NCBI GenBank assembly: GCA_964187785.1
Contig: OZ076409.1
Coordinates: 60,514,001 to 60,578,000 of the forward strand
DNA: 64,000 nt
Source: Amphiscolops sp. MND2022
Taxonomy: Eukaryota
Direction: 5' to 3'
In this document: in pieces, positions 35,651 to 52,600 of the stretch
Position numbering within the stretch: position 1 is the first letter of the stretch
How the letters are laid out: each line of letters begins with the position of its first letter
Translations under genes and position numbers: made by a program
Notes under the pieces: model-generated
The model's database searches: none
Seen by the model: the letters and a program-made list of their open reading frames with translations, nothing else
Told to the model about the DNA's origin: nothing

Positions 35651-36321
35651 AGGAATCTTTGTCTGCTAAAGTAAGTATGAATTTCGCTGCAAAATCCGAA
35701 GGAAAGTAGTCTTCATATCGTAAAGTTTCAAGTATTCATGCTTTAACAAGTTCTTTAACAGGTTCCAAACAAAACTTTGAAAATCCTTAAGATTTGAAAG
35801 AATATGGTTTTTTTTCGCTTGAAGATTTTGGTTCTTGATTTTGCAGGTAGATTCAACTCCGTCATTACGCAAAGCCAGGAAACATCGAAAGTCTTCGGAA
35901 ACTGACAGTGACTACTCTGAGTCGCCGGAGTCCCCGGAGTCCCCGAAAAAGAAGAAGAAAGTTGGAATCCAAAGTTCTGAGACCAAGTCGAACTCCTCTT
36001 CTGCATCTTCTGCGGGAAGAATTGATCGCAAGAAGTTTATTCATACGCTGACTTTGTGGAAGAAGAGAACTCCGACCAGTGAGGAAGAAGCAGCTTTGAA
36101 GCTTTTCACTGGGCTTCAGACCTATATAAAACGGAAAGATGCCATCAAACAAATTAAAGAAGCAGGAATTAAGTTGACTTCTCAACAAGAAAACCTTATT
36201 TATTACAAACTGAAGTGGGCTTGTGTTTCCCATTTGCCCAAAAAGTGATGTATTTTTTGTTTCTGGGTATGTATTTTTTGTTGTTTCTGGTTTAAAATTC
36301 TGGGCTGTTGTTTGAATGGTA

Positions 36322-36556
36322 CAGGTTAGGGACGATTGTTTTGAAGGTTGGGTTTTGGGACGATTGTTTTGAAGGTTAGGTTTTAGGACGATTGTTATGA
36401 AGGTTGGGTTTTGGGACGAATGTTTCGAAGGTTAGGTTTTGTGACGATTGTTTTGAAGGTTGGGTTTTGGGACTATTGTTTTGAAGGTTAGGTTTTAGGA
36501 CGATTGTTTTGAAGGTTGGGTTTTGGGACGATTGTTTTGAAGGTTAGGTTTTGGGA
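36322..36556 (+). repeat. 28-bp minisatellite, ~8 copies, downstream of the E2 stop codon
   Basis: Unit GACGATTGTTTTGAAGGTT(G/A)GGTTTT(G/A)G. Confidence 0.9.
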
Positions 36557-38588
36557 TTTTTACTCTTCGAAGTTTGCAGTTTGACAATGAGTGTACTGGG
36601 ACGAAGCTGTAGTAAACTTTTTTCATTTTGGACCGGTATGCAATACTTCATAAGAAAAGTGTTATGGGACGAGAACGTTTATTCCTGGTCTTTTCGTTTT
36701 ACTTTGAAATTTTTGGATTGACTCATTTTATTTTTGTTGTCAAATTGTTGTTTGATTATTTTGTGTAATGCTGTTACACCGTGTTTTTTGTTTCTACTGT
36801 TCGGCATCGAACAACTTAAAAAATGGAAGTCTTCTTGAGAAGACTCAAAAAATGGAAGTCTTCTTGGAAAGGCTCAAAACAGAAAAGATAAAGAGAGCTT
36901 TTGTTACTCTTGTTTTTTTCTTGTTGCTTAATCCGGTTCACTTTTGAATGGGCAACCATGCAGCTTGGTTCACCTTGTAATTTTGTAGTCCACCTTATGT
37001 GCCCACATTTCACTATGCATACCCGACATATTCACTTTTTTCAGAGGCAACATGAGTGATTTGTTGGATTTGAAGCAGCCATTGGGTCTGTCATCACATT
37101 CTGTTCCCAGCATGGGCAGCGATTAGGAATACCCTACTCTTGCTGTGATCGCAGACATGAATTTTTGAATTTGACGAGTCAAGATACATCCTGTATTCCT
37201 TCACTGAAAAGGTTCTGTTCGTGTTCTTGAATTGGGATTGAATTGTGCTGTGATGAACAAAAGAACAGTTCACAAACTCCGCAAACAATATGTCTCGCTA
37301 AACTCAAAAAGCACCCTGATCATAGAAATGACAAGTTTCACCAGTTCTTCAATTCTCATGAAACTGAAGAAGCATGTCTCTGCTGGTGGCAACTGATTCT
37401 TCTTCGTTGCTGATTGGGGGCTTCCAGCTATCATTCTGTATGGAGAGGAACCTCATTTTTCAGGCACCGTGTCACGTCATCTACTATCATTCATTCAGAT
37501 ACTGTTGGTTTTCAAGAACTCTCAACGAATTCAATATTCTCCGCACTCATTCGAAAAAGTTTTTGGGCTGTTTATTTAATGTGAGTCGAATGGTTAAAAG
37601 TTCTTGGGAGTTTTCTTTTCTGAGGAAAGAGATCATACCTGAGGGTTCATATTCTGAGAATCGGAAGTTTCGGAGATAAGTTTCCAGATCAAATCAATTC
37701 AACAAAACAAAAACACAAGCCTTGTGACGCGAGTTGGAAATTGTGGACCTTTTCAGAGTAATTACGTATTACATTGGTAACAACGAAGGGTCTCGATTGT
37801 GCGGTATTGGAACTGGGAATGAGCTTGACTGCGCATGACTTGGCTTCAGATGATATTCCTTAGAGGTATGTTGTTCATCAATGTTAGTCCTGCTCCAGGT
37901 GTTATTCTAGAATATAAAATCATTTACCAAATTTGCAAATCGGCTATCCACAGCGCAGTATATATAAAAGAAACCCAGTAGTATACAATCGAAACACTAA
38001 CAGCCTTTCCATGATCTGCCGTTCAAATTGTTGTTTTTTCGGAATTGTATAGCTTTTTTTTGTATTCAATTATTGTGACACTTCCTTTTTGGTCTGGTGC
38101 AAAATTGATGACTGTGACCCTTCCCCTCGATTCTGGTGCATGTTTGATGTGTTATGTTTTTCCAAAATAATGGAAATCGATATGGAGCTACCGCAATTTC
38201 GTCGGATTTATTGTTTTTTTCTTAATCTTCTTTGAAAGGTGCTATTCCAACCCGGACGGATCTCACCGAAGCGTAAAGCGCCACTACTCATTCGCATCAA
38301 GGCGCCAGTAGTTGTACGCAAGGCGCCAATTTTTGGTCCGCAAATCGCCAGATGTGCAGAGCGCCAGCGCAAAGCGCCATTTGTCTCAATTTTTGGTTGT
38401 TGATTCAAAAGTGTATCTTTTCGTCTTCGGAAAATCTCCCAAGTGCCCTTTATTTGTTTCAAACAAGTTTCCTGAGCTATACGAAGCATTTGCGGCAGCG
38501 CGAGCGTAGAATTTTTGTTGTAAAAAAGATATAATATTAAAATTAACGCAGAGCGCCAGTTTCGGTGTAACGCGGAACGCCAGAGCGC

Positions 38589-41912
<3,324 letters not shown>

Positions 41913-44423
41913 ATGGGGTCAGGAAAATGAAGTGCTTCAAACAGGTGTACTATAATCTGCTTAAATAGCTGATGCTGATATGAAAACAGGGTTTTAAAAA
42001 ACAATATTTTATCTAACGCGAAACGTATCATAATGTTAGTTAGCTTTTTCCATGTAACTAAATACTTGTTAGTCAACATGAACTAAAAGTGAAAACGGAT
42101 TGCTGTTGTGGTCGGTATGCCGTCCGCGTCTTCTTATTGGTGTATCGGGGATTCCGTGATCAGCATGGCGAGCTTCCGTGGAGTGGTTTGTCTTGTAGTG
42201 TGAGCGGTTTACTGGTTTTCTTCGCTGTCCCGCTCCATCGTTTTTTCTGTTGTCTCCAGTAGTGGTGACAGATTCAGCTGTTTTGCGGTGTTTCCTGTAA
42301 TCAGATTGGTTAAAATGAATATTTAGTCTAACAATTGGGTTCGTTTTCGTTAGGCGTTTTGACAGGCGAAGGATAGTTTCTTTTATGTTTTCCATTCCCT
42401 TTCCAATCTCGGTGCTAGAGCTAAGATCGCTGGCTAACTCTAAGTCTGACTCAATTCTCTTTTCAAAAGTTTTGTAGGTTACCTTCCTGTTGTTGTCTCT
42501 AATGTGAAGGGCTTGTCCTGATTGCTGTGTGTCGCTGATTATTTGCTCAATGTCGGAATCCAACATTTGATCGGCATTGATTGTAAGGGGACCCAGTTGT
42601 TTGCTTTTATCAATTCCCGGCCTTTTTTCTGGTTGATTCTTCCCGGTTTCGGATGAGTTTGGGCCTTCCTCTGCCGAATATCCCAGACTTTTGGGTGCCC
42701 GGTGGTTCTGAGCTGGTGTCCATTGGATCTTCTCGTAATCGGGATCAATAGGGAGTGTCCGGAGTCTTGTCTTCTTTGGGGGTAAATCTTTCATCGGTTC
42801 CCCTTGGTCCAGTACCTCTGTCGGAGGGTTCCTGTTCGAATGGTTTAATTGGTTTACTGATTCGTTTACGGTGAATTATTCAATTATCAGCTGTGGTTAC
42901 GGTGTGATTCGTTCTTTTTACGACTGTTTGTACTTGGTCTGAATCTGGGCTTTCGAATTTAGTTTTTAGTAGGGACGATAAAGATTTCTTCGAAAAAAAA
43001 CTAGTCCGTATCTCGTTGACAATTTTCGTTTGTACTGGTTGTATTCTTCGGAGATGTTGTCGTATTGCTTCCTGTCCAAGCATACGGGGGTCTTCCGTAG
43101 TTTCGGATCGTTCGTTCTTTCCGTATTATTAATTGAAGATCCGTTGCATATTGTTTTTCAGTTTCTCTGACGGTGTTTTCGTGGTCCCAGTTATTTGGCT
43201 CCATTGCCTGTATTCTTGGTGCGTGACCCATTCTGATATATTGTCCGCTTTTTAATTCAAGATATTTGGCCCAGTTAATGGTTGGTCCTCCATTGGTGTT
43301 TCGTCCGGTGAGTAAGATGTAGTCGGACATGCTTGGAAAGTGCTTGGTCGGTTATTTTCTTGGGGGATGAATACTCCTTCATTGTTTCGTGCTTCTGTAA
43401 ATTGCCAGTCTGTGATGTACTTTGTATGATGCTGGTTCTGAATTGGCCGGTTACTAATTTCTACAACCGGGCTATCTTGTCTTCGGATTATTTCCGAAAG
43501 TGTTTCTTCAATTGTTCTTTTCTCTCCGCGAAGGAATTTTTGTTCAAGGTATTTTTTCAATTTGCCATTAGATAGTCGGTAAACACCCGGCTTTACAATG
43601 TTTCGCCATCTTTCAATTAAGTCGGTTGTCCTTTTAGAAGAGTTGATTTTTTCAAGGCTGTCAATGGTTTTAGCGTCCATTGTTATCAGGTTACTTTTCG
43701 ATTTGAATTCAACGTCACTCTTTGTGGTGCGATCACGGCTACTAATGGCGTTTTGTTCACGCGTATTGTCCGTTGACCGATATTTGTTTGCTTTGGACAA
43801 CTTGGTTCGTTTGTTCTTGGATTGTGATTGGTTAAAATGGTTGCTAAGGCAACCGAATTTTGAAGCGAATCCGTAGTGCGATGCTATGCTGTTAATAACA
43901 TACTCTTCTTCGTATGCATCATCCCTTTGCGCCGGTGCAAGAGGATTTCTACTCAAGTAATCCGTAAGCGCTAAGTGTTTTCCGGCGATGTGGTTTACGT
44001 TTATTGTGAAATGTGCTAATCGGTCAAGCCAGCGTGTCAGGCGTGCGCTGTACGTTTTGTTTGATCGGTTGGGCTTTATTAGCGGTTCTAATGCTTGGTG
44101 ATCCGTCAATACTTTGACGGGTTTTCCGTAAATGTACAAACGGATGTGTTCAAACCCCCAGACTACCGCTTGTTATTCCAACTCATTTATTGCGTACTTT
44201 TTTCTGTCTCCGATAGAAATCTGATAGCGAATGCTATTGGTTTCAAATTTCCATTAACTTGTTCTTGTCAGAGAGTTGCACCTAACCTTTTTGTACTGGC
44301 GTCGGTTGTAATTGTGTTCGGTGGGACGGAGCTCTAGTGTGCCAAACACGGTATTTCCGTGATTTTGCGTTTTAATTGGTTAAATGCTTCGGAATGTTCC
44401 GTTGTCTGATTGCAGTCATTTTT

Positions 44424-44886
44424 AGTCGGCGCCTTTTCCCTTAAGGAAAAAAGCCCGACTCTTACAGTGAGTAGTTTTTTTTTGTTTTTTTTTCAGTTGA
44501 CAATCTCACTCTGAGTGGTCCACTTTTCTTACAATTCTTACAATTTTCAAAATCTTACAATTATTACTTAGCAAAATTCAAATACTGGCGCAAAAGTAGT
44601 TTTTATATCATCTAAGTGTCCCCAAAGGGTATTTTCGGCACTGTGCGACTTTTTTTCGAAAAAATTTTTATTGTTCCAAAAGGGTCCCCCCTTCGAGTTT
44701 TTTCATAATTTGCAACTGTATGTATGTTAATACATCACAAAGGGTCCCCCCTTTTACATTTTTCGGCACTATGCGACTTTTTTTGAAAGAATTTTTTTTT
44801 CAAAAATTCATGTTTTTTTCCAAAAATTTTTTTTGCGCTTTTTGAGCCTTAGATATGGCGCCGACTTTGGACGTTCTCGTCTTGTT
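44424..44886 (+). mobile_element. Non-autonomous insertion in Gypsy 2 pol, Helentron/HINE-like
   Basis: Interrupts the RT-RNase H region at a T-rich site; subterminal inverted repeat AGTCGGCGCC / GGCGCCGACT and a 3' hairpin GACG-TTCT-CGTC. Confidence 0.6.
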
Positions 44887-46783
44887 ATTTTTTAACAACT
44901 GTCGCAATAAGTCTGTCTGTGCCGACAGATTTTCGATGTATTTTGACAAATACGGAACTGCCCCCAGAAAAAATTTCAATTCTTTCTCATTTTTTGATTC
45001 TTTTAGTTCTTGAATTGCTTTCAGTTTGTCTCGTAACGGTTGGATACCGTTTTCGTCCATTTTGTAACCTACCCACTCTTTTTCAGTTTTGAAAAATTCC
45101 GTTTTGCTATCACTCAGTCTGTACCCTGCATTTTGTAATTTTGTTGAAACCTCGATTAACTCACGTTTATGTTGTTCTTTTGTTCCTTTTGTAACTACCA
45201 ATATGTCATCTAAACACGCCGGATGTTTGTTCTCCAGTGTTTGGTCAATCTTTTCTTGAAATATGGTCGGGATGCCGGCGAAGCCATAAAACCCCTTTAG
45301 GAACCTGTAATATCCGGTGAAAATGCCTCCGGTCATTGCGAATATGCATAGGTCCATTGCGTGCTTCGATAACTGCAGTTTGCCATACGCATAATCCAGA
45401 TCGAATTTTGATATCCAGATTTGGTCGGTTGCTCCTCCGTCTGCAATTTTTCTTGACATCCGTGATTTTAACTCCTCCATGTTAGGCCATTTGTGCCTCA
45501 CTCTTCACGGTTATTTCATTTAGTTTCTGTGAATCCAGAGCAATTTTACCCTTTTTATCTTTTTTCACGGTAATTACTGCTGGGCCGACGAAGCAGTTTT
45601 CATTGATGTTCGTTGCTCGTTCTATATAACCGTTCTTTTTGAATTTTTCTGTCTCTTTTCCGACCGCTGGTTGCAGATGTATTGGTATTGGACGGCCTCT
45701 TTGTTGCATTAGTTTTGCGTCCAATTTTAATTGTATGTCTACTTCCATTCCTTTTCTCGTTTTATTTTCATGAAATAGTTTTTTGAACTTTCTTTTCAAC
45801 TCCATTACATCGGGGTCTTCTTGAACGTTTTGGATCATCATGTTAGCTTTCTCGGTTTCTAGTTTAATTCCCAAAGAATTCATCCAGTCCAGCCCTAGCA
45901 TTGGGTTTGTTCTTTTTGCCGTTATTAGCAGATCTAGATTTTTTGTTTCCCCCATTTGTTTCGACTTTTGCCGTTGATTTTCCTTCAAATTTTATTTTGT
46001 TGTTGTTGACCTCTCTGTACTCCGTGAGTAGTGGCCGTATAGGTGTGAACATTATGTTGTTGTTGAACATTTGTTTTGGTATCAAAGTGACCGGCGATCC
46101 GCTGTCGATTATGAATTTGATTGGACGGTTGTTGACCTATGCCGTTTTATTAAAGAATGGTTGTCCGTCTCTGGTGATTTGTTTCGTTGAATGGACCGTT
46201 CTTGTTATGAGGTGTATTTTGTTTGGTGACCAGTCATGCTCTTCTGCACTGGTTGCTTCTGATTCCGGGTAGATGTGTTTCATCTTCCGGTCCGATTTTT
46301 TTTTCGGTACAGTTTTGCGTAGTGGCCGATTTTTCCGCAGTTTAGGCATTTTTTTGTTTTTGCCGGACAGTCGTGTTGTTTATTCCAGTTGGGTGCGCCG
46401 TATCTGATACAATCAACATTTTTGAATTTGTTTGGTGTTTACTTTTTCGGATTTTTGGTAGTTTCTTTTTCTATCCACGTGTTTTGTTTTCGTTCCTTCT
46501 TCTGAGTCTCGTGACGCGTTCTTCTTTTCGTACATATATTCGTGGGTTGTGTCGGTTATCGTTTCTACCGACATGTCTTTGATTTACTTCTTCAGTTCGT
46601 TGTCTCCAGTTGTTTTTTCCGATTACTGAAAGAAATTTTGAAGCTAGCAATTCTCCAGCTGTTATTTCTTCAAATTTACAATTTTTCTCCATCTCTAAGA
46701 TTCCTTTCCAGGTATCGGCTGCCGATTCTCCCGGTTCTCTCTTTAGGTTGAAGAAATTTTCCTTGCCATGGTGTTTCAAAAAT

Positions 46784-47230
46784 AAAATGACCCCCGAAAT
46801 AGATCTATCGAAGATGACAAACTCCAAAGAAGTGCTCCCACAATACAGAGACCTAATGGAAGAGGAAATAAAAGACGTCTTCATTTGGGCAATCAGCACT
46901 CACGGAGACAACGAAGACGGTATGAGAAAGGGAACCAAATTCCCTACCATAACACCGTCTTTACGCCTTATTTAGATTAAAATTTTATTCCGGAACAGAA
47001 TAAGGTATTCCATCCCGGAATAAAATGTAATTTAAATAATGCGTAAAGACGGTGTAATGGTAGGGAATTTGGTTCCCTTTTCTTACCGTCTTCGTCATCT
47101 CCGTGAGTGCTGATTGCCCAATTGCCCAAATGAAGACGTCTTTCATTTCCTCTTCCAATTGGTCTCTGTATTGTGGGAGCACTTTTTTGGAGTTTGTCAT
47201 CATCGATAGATCTATTTCTCGGGTCATTTT
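46784..47230. repeat. Fold-back inverted duplication of Gypsy 2 gag, ~210-bp arms
   Basis: 46784-46994 is the approximate reverse complement of 47013-47230; the same peptide appears on both strands in the ORF track. Confidence 0.9.
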
Positions 47231-48739
47231 GTTGTACTGGGTGAACTTTCTTCACCAGAGTTTGGCAATGGTGTGGTCGTTTTTTTCTAAGATCGGAACG
47301 GGCACTTTTTGTGTCGTTGTCCGTTCAACCTATCTCGCACATGTATTGTTTGGGAGTGAGCGGTTGCCCGTTTCTCCCATGGAGTTGTTTTGATCATCTT
47401 CCATTGTCACAATCTTTCTCTGGAAGTTCAAATTGTTGACTGCGCCATATTGTAATCTGCTTGAATAGCTGATATGAAAACGATATTTCAAATAACAATG
47501 TTTTCTCTAACTCGAATCGTATCATAATGATAGTGAGCTTTTCCTATGTAACTAAATACTTGTTAGTCATCATGAACTAAAATTGACAACGAATTGCTTA
47601 TCAACAGTTTTAATGATGTCTGTTGCTCTTCAATGTGTGTGACAAAGATTTCTTACCTTGCGTTGAGGTCTGGGACATAAATGTTTCATTTCGGGCCAAC
47701 TGTTTCGTACCAAGAATTTGTCAGTTGTTTCTTCTGTCCGACCTGGGCCCACTTCTGGCCCCTAGACTAAGAGATATGCCATGGCAACCCAGGGCATGAA
47801 TACGGCAATTTTCGCCATTCTGTTATCGAAAAAAAAATAAAAGATAAATGAAATATTTTGAATTCACTTCCGAAAAAATATCCTCGGTCGTAAAAAACCA
47901 AATGTGTCTAACGACTTAACAACAGACTCCTATAAAAGCCGCTTTGCCTATCAAGTGTCCGTAGAAAAAAGTACAATTCGCTGGAGTACCGCAGTTTAGT
48001 TTCGAAATCAATTTAGCAATTCACTGTGGAATAACAAGAGGTAAAAATTTTAACCTAAATTCTTTAAACACTGAACTTCTTCCGTCTTCAATCATAATAT
48101 ATAATTGTCATGTAATGTGATTCCCAATGGGAAAAACTGGATGGGTTTAATAGATATACTGCTTGTTTACTTTATTTTCAAAACTTGTTTTCAAATAGAA
48201 AAAGTAAACTTCCCTGTTTTGTTTCAATCGAACTATTTTTCGAGTAATACTCAAGAGCAAAAATCCTAGAATCTTGCTTTCCTGAAAAAATCCTCTGTTT
48301 TTTTGTTGATATTCCTAGGTTTCAAATAAGTCTGTCTTGAAGCGAAAAAAACCTGACAAACAAAAATGAGAAGTCGTACAAGTTTTTCAGCAACTAAATT
48401 GTGTTTCATAATAATATTGCAAACTGTCGAAAACAGAATTTCAATTCTAATCTGTCGCGGCCACAGCGTTGCGATGGGTCCGGTGTGCACCAGTAAGAAA
48501 ACAAACAACGCTTGTTAAAAACTTCCAAAACCCAAGGACTCATTTGCAAGTCATGTAGTTTGTTTGTTTTGTAAATATTTGTTGTAATCAGGGTCATTTA
48601 GTTGATTTATTTTGTAAAACTGATGTTTTAAAATGATTTGCCAAAACTTAAGAGGATTTAATGATGTTTTTAATTATTCCTGATGATCCTAATGCAGTGC
48701 TAATAGTCCATTTTAATTAAACAGTACCAATTGTATACG

Positions 48740-48930
48740 ACATTGTGCGTTTTGAGTGCTAATGAGTATGCGGTACTATGCGCATATGCATCTTTCTGAT
48801 TTTCACTATGCGTCACTATGCGGTTTGAACAGTGACATTTACTCGACACTATGCATTTTTCATTATACGTCATCCTGCGGTCTGAGGAACAATGAGTGCT
48901 CGGTACTATACGTTTTTCGCTATGCTTGCT
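48740..48930. repeat. Degenerate ~49-bp tandem repeat
   Basis: Recurring GAGTG...G(T/C)ACTAT(G/A)C...TTTTCA(C/T)TAT(G/A)CGTCA motifs. Confidence 0.5.
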
Positions 48931-48978
48931 TTAATATGAAGGATTAACTTTGCATTTCCATATACAGTAGTATAAGTC

Positions 48979-49908
48979 CATGATATATCATTGTTTAACA
49001 CCTTTCTAGGGTATTATAAACCTCGTTATCATTTCTGAATGTCATGGAAGGTAACTAATGAGATATAAATAGGATGACGACATTCTGACGAAGTGCTATT
49101 ATTAGTTTTTCCTAAGAATGATGCTTGTAAAATTGCGTGTCATCTTTTTGTAATTTTGTACTTTCTTGGGGAAAAAGGAGCTAACACAACTGATATAACT
49201 TTCTTCAGAACCAGTTTGTTCTCTGATAACGATTACAATCTTTGTTCTACATTTTGGGATCTTTGAACATTTCAAATTGATTTCCTTTGAATATTTGCCT
49301 TCAATTCAAATTCTTGACCCTGCAAAACAGTCATTTTCTCTTGAGCGAAAATGGGCAATAAGAGAAGTAGAAGGTCTAGAAGACTAGAAACTCCTTCCCC
49401 TAGCAGAGAAGAAGGTGTTGAAACTCCAAACCCAGGTAATATGACTTTGACTAATTCTAACTTAGTTCCCAAGAAAACTTAGGTCCCAATATTTTGGAGA
49501 ATCAAATAACTGAACCCAGCGTAATTAGCAACGAAATACAAGTTTGGACACAAGAAATGGAAAAGAGAAACAATGACAGAATAGAGAAGATGAGGGAGGA
49601 GATTGATAATAAATTCGATGCAATTTTAAGAGAAATCAAAACTAGTAAAAATGCATCTACAATCACAAACCCAAGATCAGAATCTAATGAAACACAAAAC
49701 AATCAGCCGTCGGGATCCAGAAATAGGTCTATAGGAGTTCGCGCATCAGAAAATGAAAACTCTGATTCTGAAAATGAAGATAATCATCCCATCAGAGCAT
49801 CGAACATGCATGAATTAAGAGACCCAGCAAGACCCTTTTGCCAAAATAGATTTGAACTAGATGAAACATTAGTTTCAAATGAAGACTCTGAGGAGGAGGA
49901 TTATCACA
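48979..49908 (+). mobile_element. Probable Gypsy solo LTR containing a Gag-like N-terminal coding segment
   Basis: Coding-like MGNKRSRRSRR...EEDYH (from 49351, one frameshift) ends at ...TTATCACA, analogous to GHY|MVTG at the Gypsy 1 LTR/PBS junction. Left end and TSD are uncertain. Confidence 0.5.
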
Positions 49909-50398
49909 TAATCCTCAATTTACGGCCTCGCACAATGTGCTAAGAAGCTTGACAGTGCCTAAATTTGTTTGTCCCAGATTTGGCAGAGGAGAAGTTTCCA
50001 CTGTGATGAGAACAAAAGAATTGAATTAGAATTTTTCTATTAGAGATACAGATAGCTTTTGGAGTGTTCAAATTCGGCCGAACTCGAGTTGATTTTTCAG
50101 AAAGAGTCGAGTTCGGAAAGTGAACGATTTTATTCTATAGTTTATAGTTGCAAATTACCCAAAACACGTTCTAAAAGCGGAAATCATCATAATTTCACAC
50201 CTCTGAATTGTTCAAAATTTTGTCCATAAGTTTTCCAAACAGATGCACACTTTCAACACTGCACTTGATTGAGCTTGTCAAACATTCGTATGAAAAATTG
50301 ACAATGAAATTACTGGTAAACTAATTCAGATGGCTACTAGCCCCTGGACTATAAATATTTGAAGCATTTGATTCAACTTTAATCGCTAGAAGGTCAAA

Positions 50399-50824
50399 CA
50401 GGGTGACCACGCCTTGACAATTTTTGTTCTCCCTGACCTCCCTGACCATCTCCGTGACATTTTAGCCTCGCTCTCCCTGACCATTAGCTTGAAACATAGT
50501 AAAATTTCGAAAAAATGTGGCATGACTATGACCCATTCTGTACCCAGGTTTAAGTTAAAAAACAAGATTTTCAGAAAATTTACTTTTCAACTGAATTTTG
50601 CATTTCAAATTAACTTGAATCAGTTGAAATTATTCTTGAGTTCATTCAGCAAAAACAACCATATATGAATACTGAACTAACAAAATATACTATTTAAAAA
50701 TTCTCCCTGACCAACATTCCTGTCCCTGACCATCTCCCTGACCTCCCTGACCTCCCTGACCACTTTTTGCTCTCCCTGGCCCTCCCTGACCGTCCCTGAC
50801 CTCCCTGACCACGTGGCCACCCTG
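50399..50824. mobile_element. MITE with 13-bp TIR and 5-bp TSD
   Basis: CAGGGTGACCACG ... CGTGGCCACCCTG (12/13 match); TCAAA on both sides; subterminal CTCCCTGACC repeats. Confidence 0.85.
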
Positions 50825-51579
50825 TCAAACTTAAGGGTTTTCAGTGACGTGCTGAAAATGAATTTTCCTATTCACCCAATAGATCTTGATGAAGCAAATA
50901 AAAACAGTTTAAAAATACGCGTTTCAGCTATTCGGTGATTCAATTGACAACTTCCATTGAATCAAAATAATTCTCTCATGTTAAAATCTGAATCGATAGT
51001 ACTCTAAATGCAGAAGCAAAGCGACATTGCTCTGATGTTCCAGTGGCTAGTTTTTGACGAATGGCCAGCTAAAAGGGTTCAAAAGCGCCCGGAAAGGACA
51101 AAAACCGAGTTATACAACCATAAGTGTTGGTCTCATTTTTTCTAGGAAGTTTACTTTAGGGTATTTTGATTTGTTACTAAAATGCGTACGCTTGCGTGAA
51201 AACTTAGATCGAAATGGCTGGCACTTTTGAATATAAAAATGAAGTAGGCAGCAAGTTCTAGAGTTATACTAGACCGCAAAACTAAGCGCCAATGCTATTC
51301 ATTTTAGGACTTGCTTTTGAAAGACAAAAAACTGCAATAAATCAAAGACTAAGCAAAGGATCTCAGAATAAATTATCGATAATTTTCAAAGAGGATTTCT
51401 TTGATGTTTTCAGTTTAGCAACCCGATCACTTTTCGAAAATATATTTCCAAGTCGTTTATTCGAATGATTGACATGATGAAATTCAATTTCAGAGCTCTT
51501 CTTAACTAGTTGATGACGAATATTTTGAAATTCGAGCCATGTAAAAATTGTACGGGTTATTTGCTTTGGGACGCCTAAA

Positions 51580-52600
51580 CAGTGAATGAAAAACGAAACG
51601 TATAAAAACTTTCATTCTTCAAAATCGTGATACTTGTAAACAAGATATTGCAAACCAAAGATCAAATGGAGCGGAGTTTTTTATGTTATCACATTTTGAC
51701 CTAACGGCGTTTCAGACCTTCAAAAATGTCTAAACGTCTTTCCACTCATTTTTCTCTTTCTTATTACGTGAAAGTTATTTTAATATGCAGAAACGTTGTC
51801 AATTGAAGTGATTGACAAGCTGAATTGCAATGATCAAGGGTAGTACTAGGTGAACAAAAAACGGAACGCATAAAAATTTTTGAGACCTCAAAATGTCAAA
51901 CATTTGTCAACAAACATTTCACAACAACTTCGAATACTCAAATTCAGCTTGTCAATAATTCAATTTGACAATATTGCTGTCACACATTCGAGTGTCAAAG
52001 AACTTTCAAACATCAGAAGTACGAACAAAATAACTGGTAAAGATGTCTAGCCTTTCTTGGAAGGTTAAAAACGTGCTTATAGTTGAAGATGTGATTACGT
52101 AATGAAAGCTTCTATTTGAATGCTTGACCAAAAAATGAAAACTTATCAGCGCCTTGTTTACAAATATTACAATTTTGAGAGAAAAATTTTTGTGCTTTCC
52201 GTTTTTTTGGTTCATCTACTAGGTGAACCAAAAAAAAACGGAACGTACAAAGTTTTTGCGTCTTCAAAATCGTATTATTTGCAAACAAGAGACCGAGAAT
52301 CTTTCAATTTTTCTGTCATTCATCTAGAATGAAGCTCCTGTTACGTAATCGAATCTTCAACAGAGGATGGTTCCAACCATCATAAAAAGTCTAGACGTCT
52401 TGACCAGTCGTTTCGCTATCACTTTTAATGCGTGAAAGTTCTTTTGCTTCGAAGGAAAGTTGGCAACTTGAATGATTGACAGCATCGTTCAAAGATGTTT
52501 TGAAACTTGTGAAAGATGTTTTGTTGACAAATATTTGAAACTATGAGAGATCGAAAATTTTTGTACGTTCCGTTTTTTTTGGTTCAACTAGTAGTATACA
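51580..52600. repeat. Interspersed repeat of alternating inverted units, related to 8200-9000
   Basis: ~51840-52215 and ~52220-52595 are approximate reverse complements, with ends like TACTAGGTGAAC-An-CGGAACG. Confidence 0.6.

Larger units (their letters stand above)
32087..36248 (+). pseudogene. E2 spliced SET-C2H2-tyrosine recombinase fusion; one frameshift at ~33935
   Basis: SET: AGKGLF, ARYINDV, ELRYSYG. C2H2: CLLC...HLSNKH. YR: NGRHG, HKTG, GNPIRK, AHG...GHY. Predicted exons 32087-35028, 35224-35295, 35491-35670, 35847-36248 joined by phase-0 GT-AG introns that keep the frame open. Confidence 0.85.
41950..47605 (-). mobile_element. Ty3/Gypsy LTR retrotransposon 2, old and decayed; most of the integrase is missing
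   Basis: Diverged LTRs ~41950-42105 and 47451-47605; PBS TGGCGCAGTC; remnants of gag, protease (IDSGS), RT (CLDD) and RNase H (TDHQAL). Confidence 0.88.
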
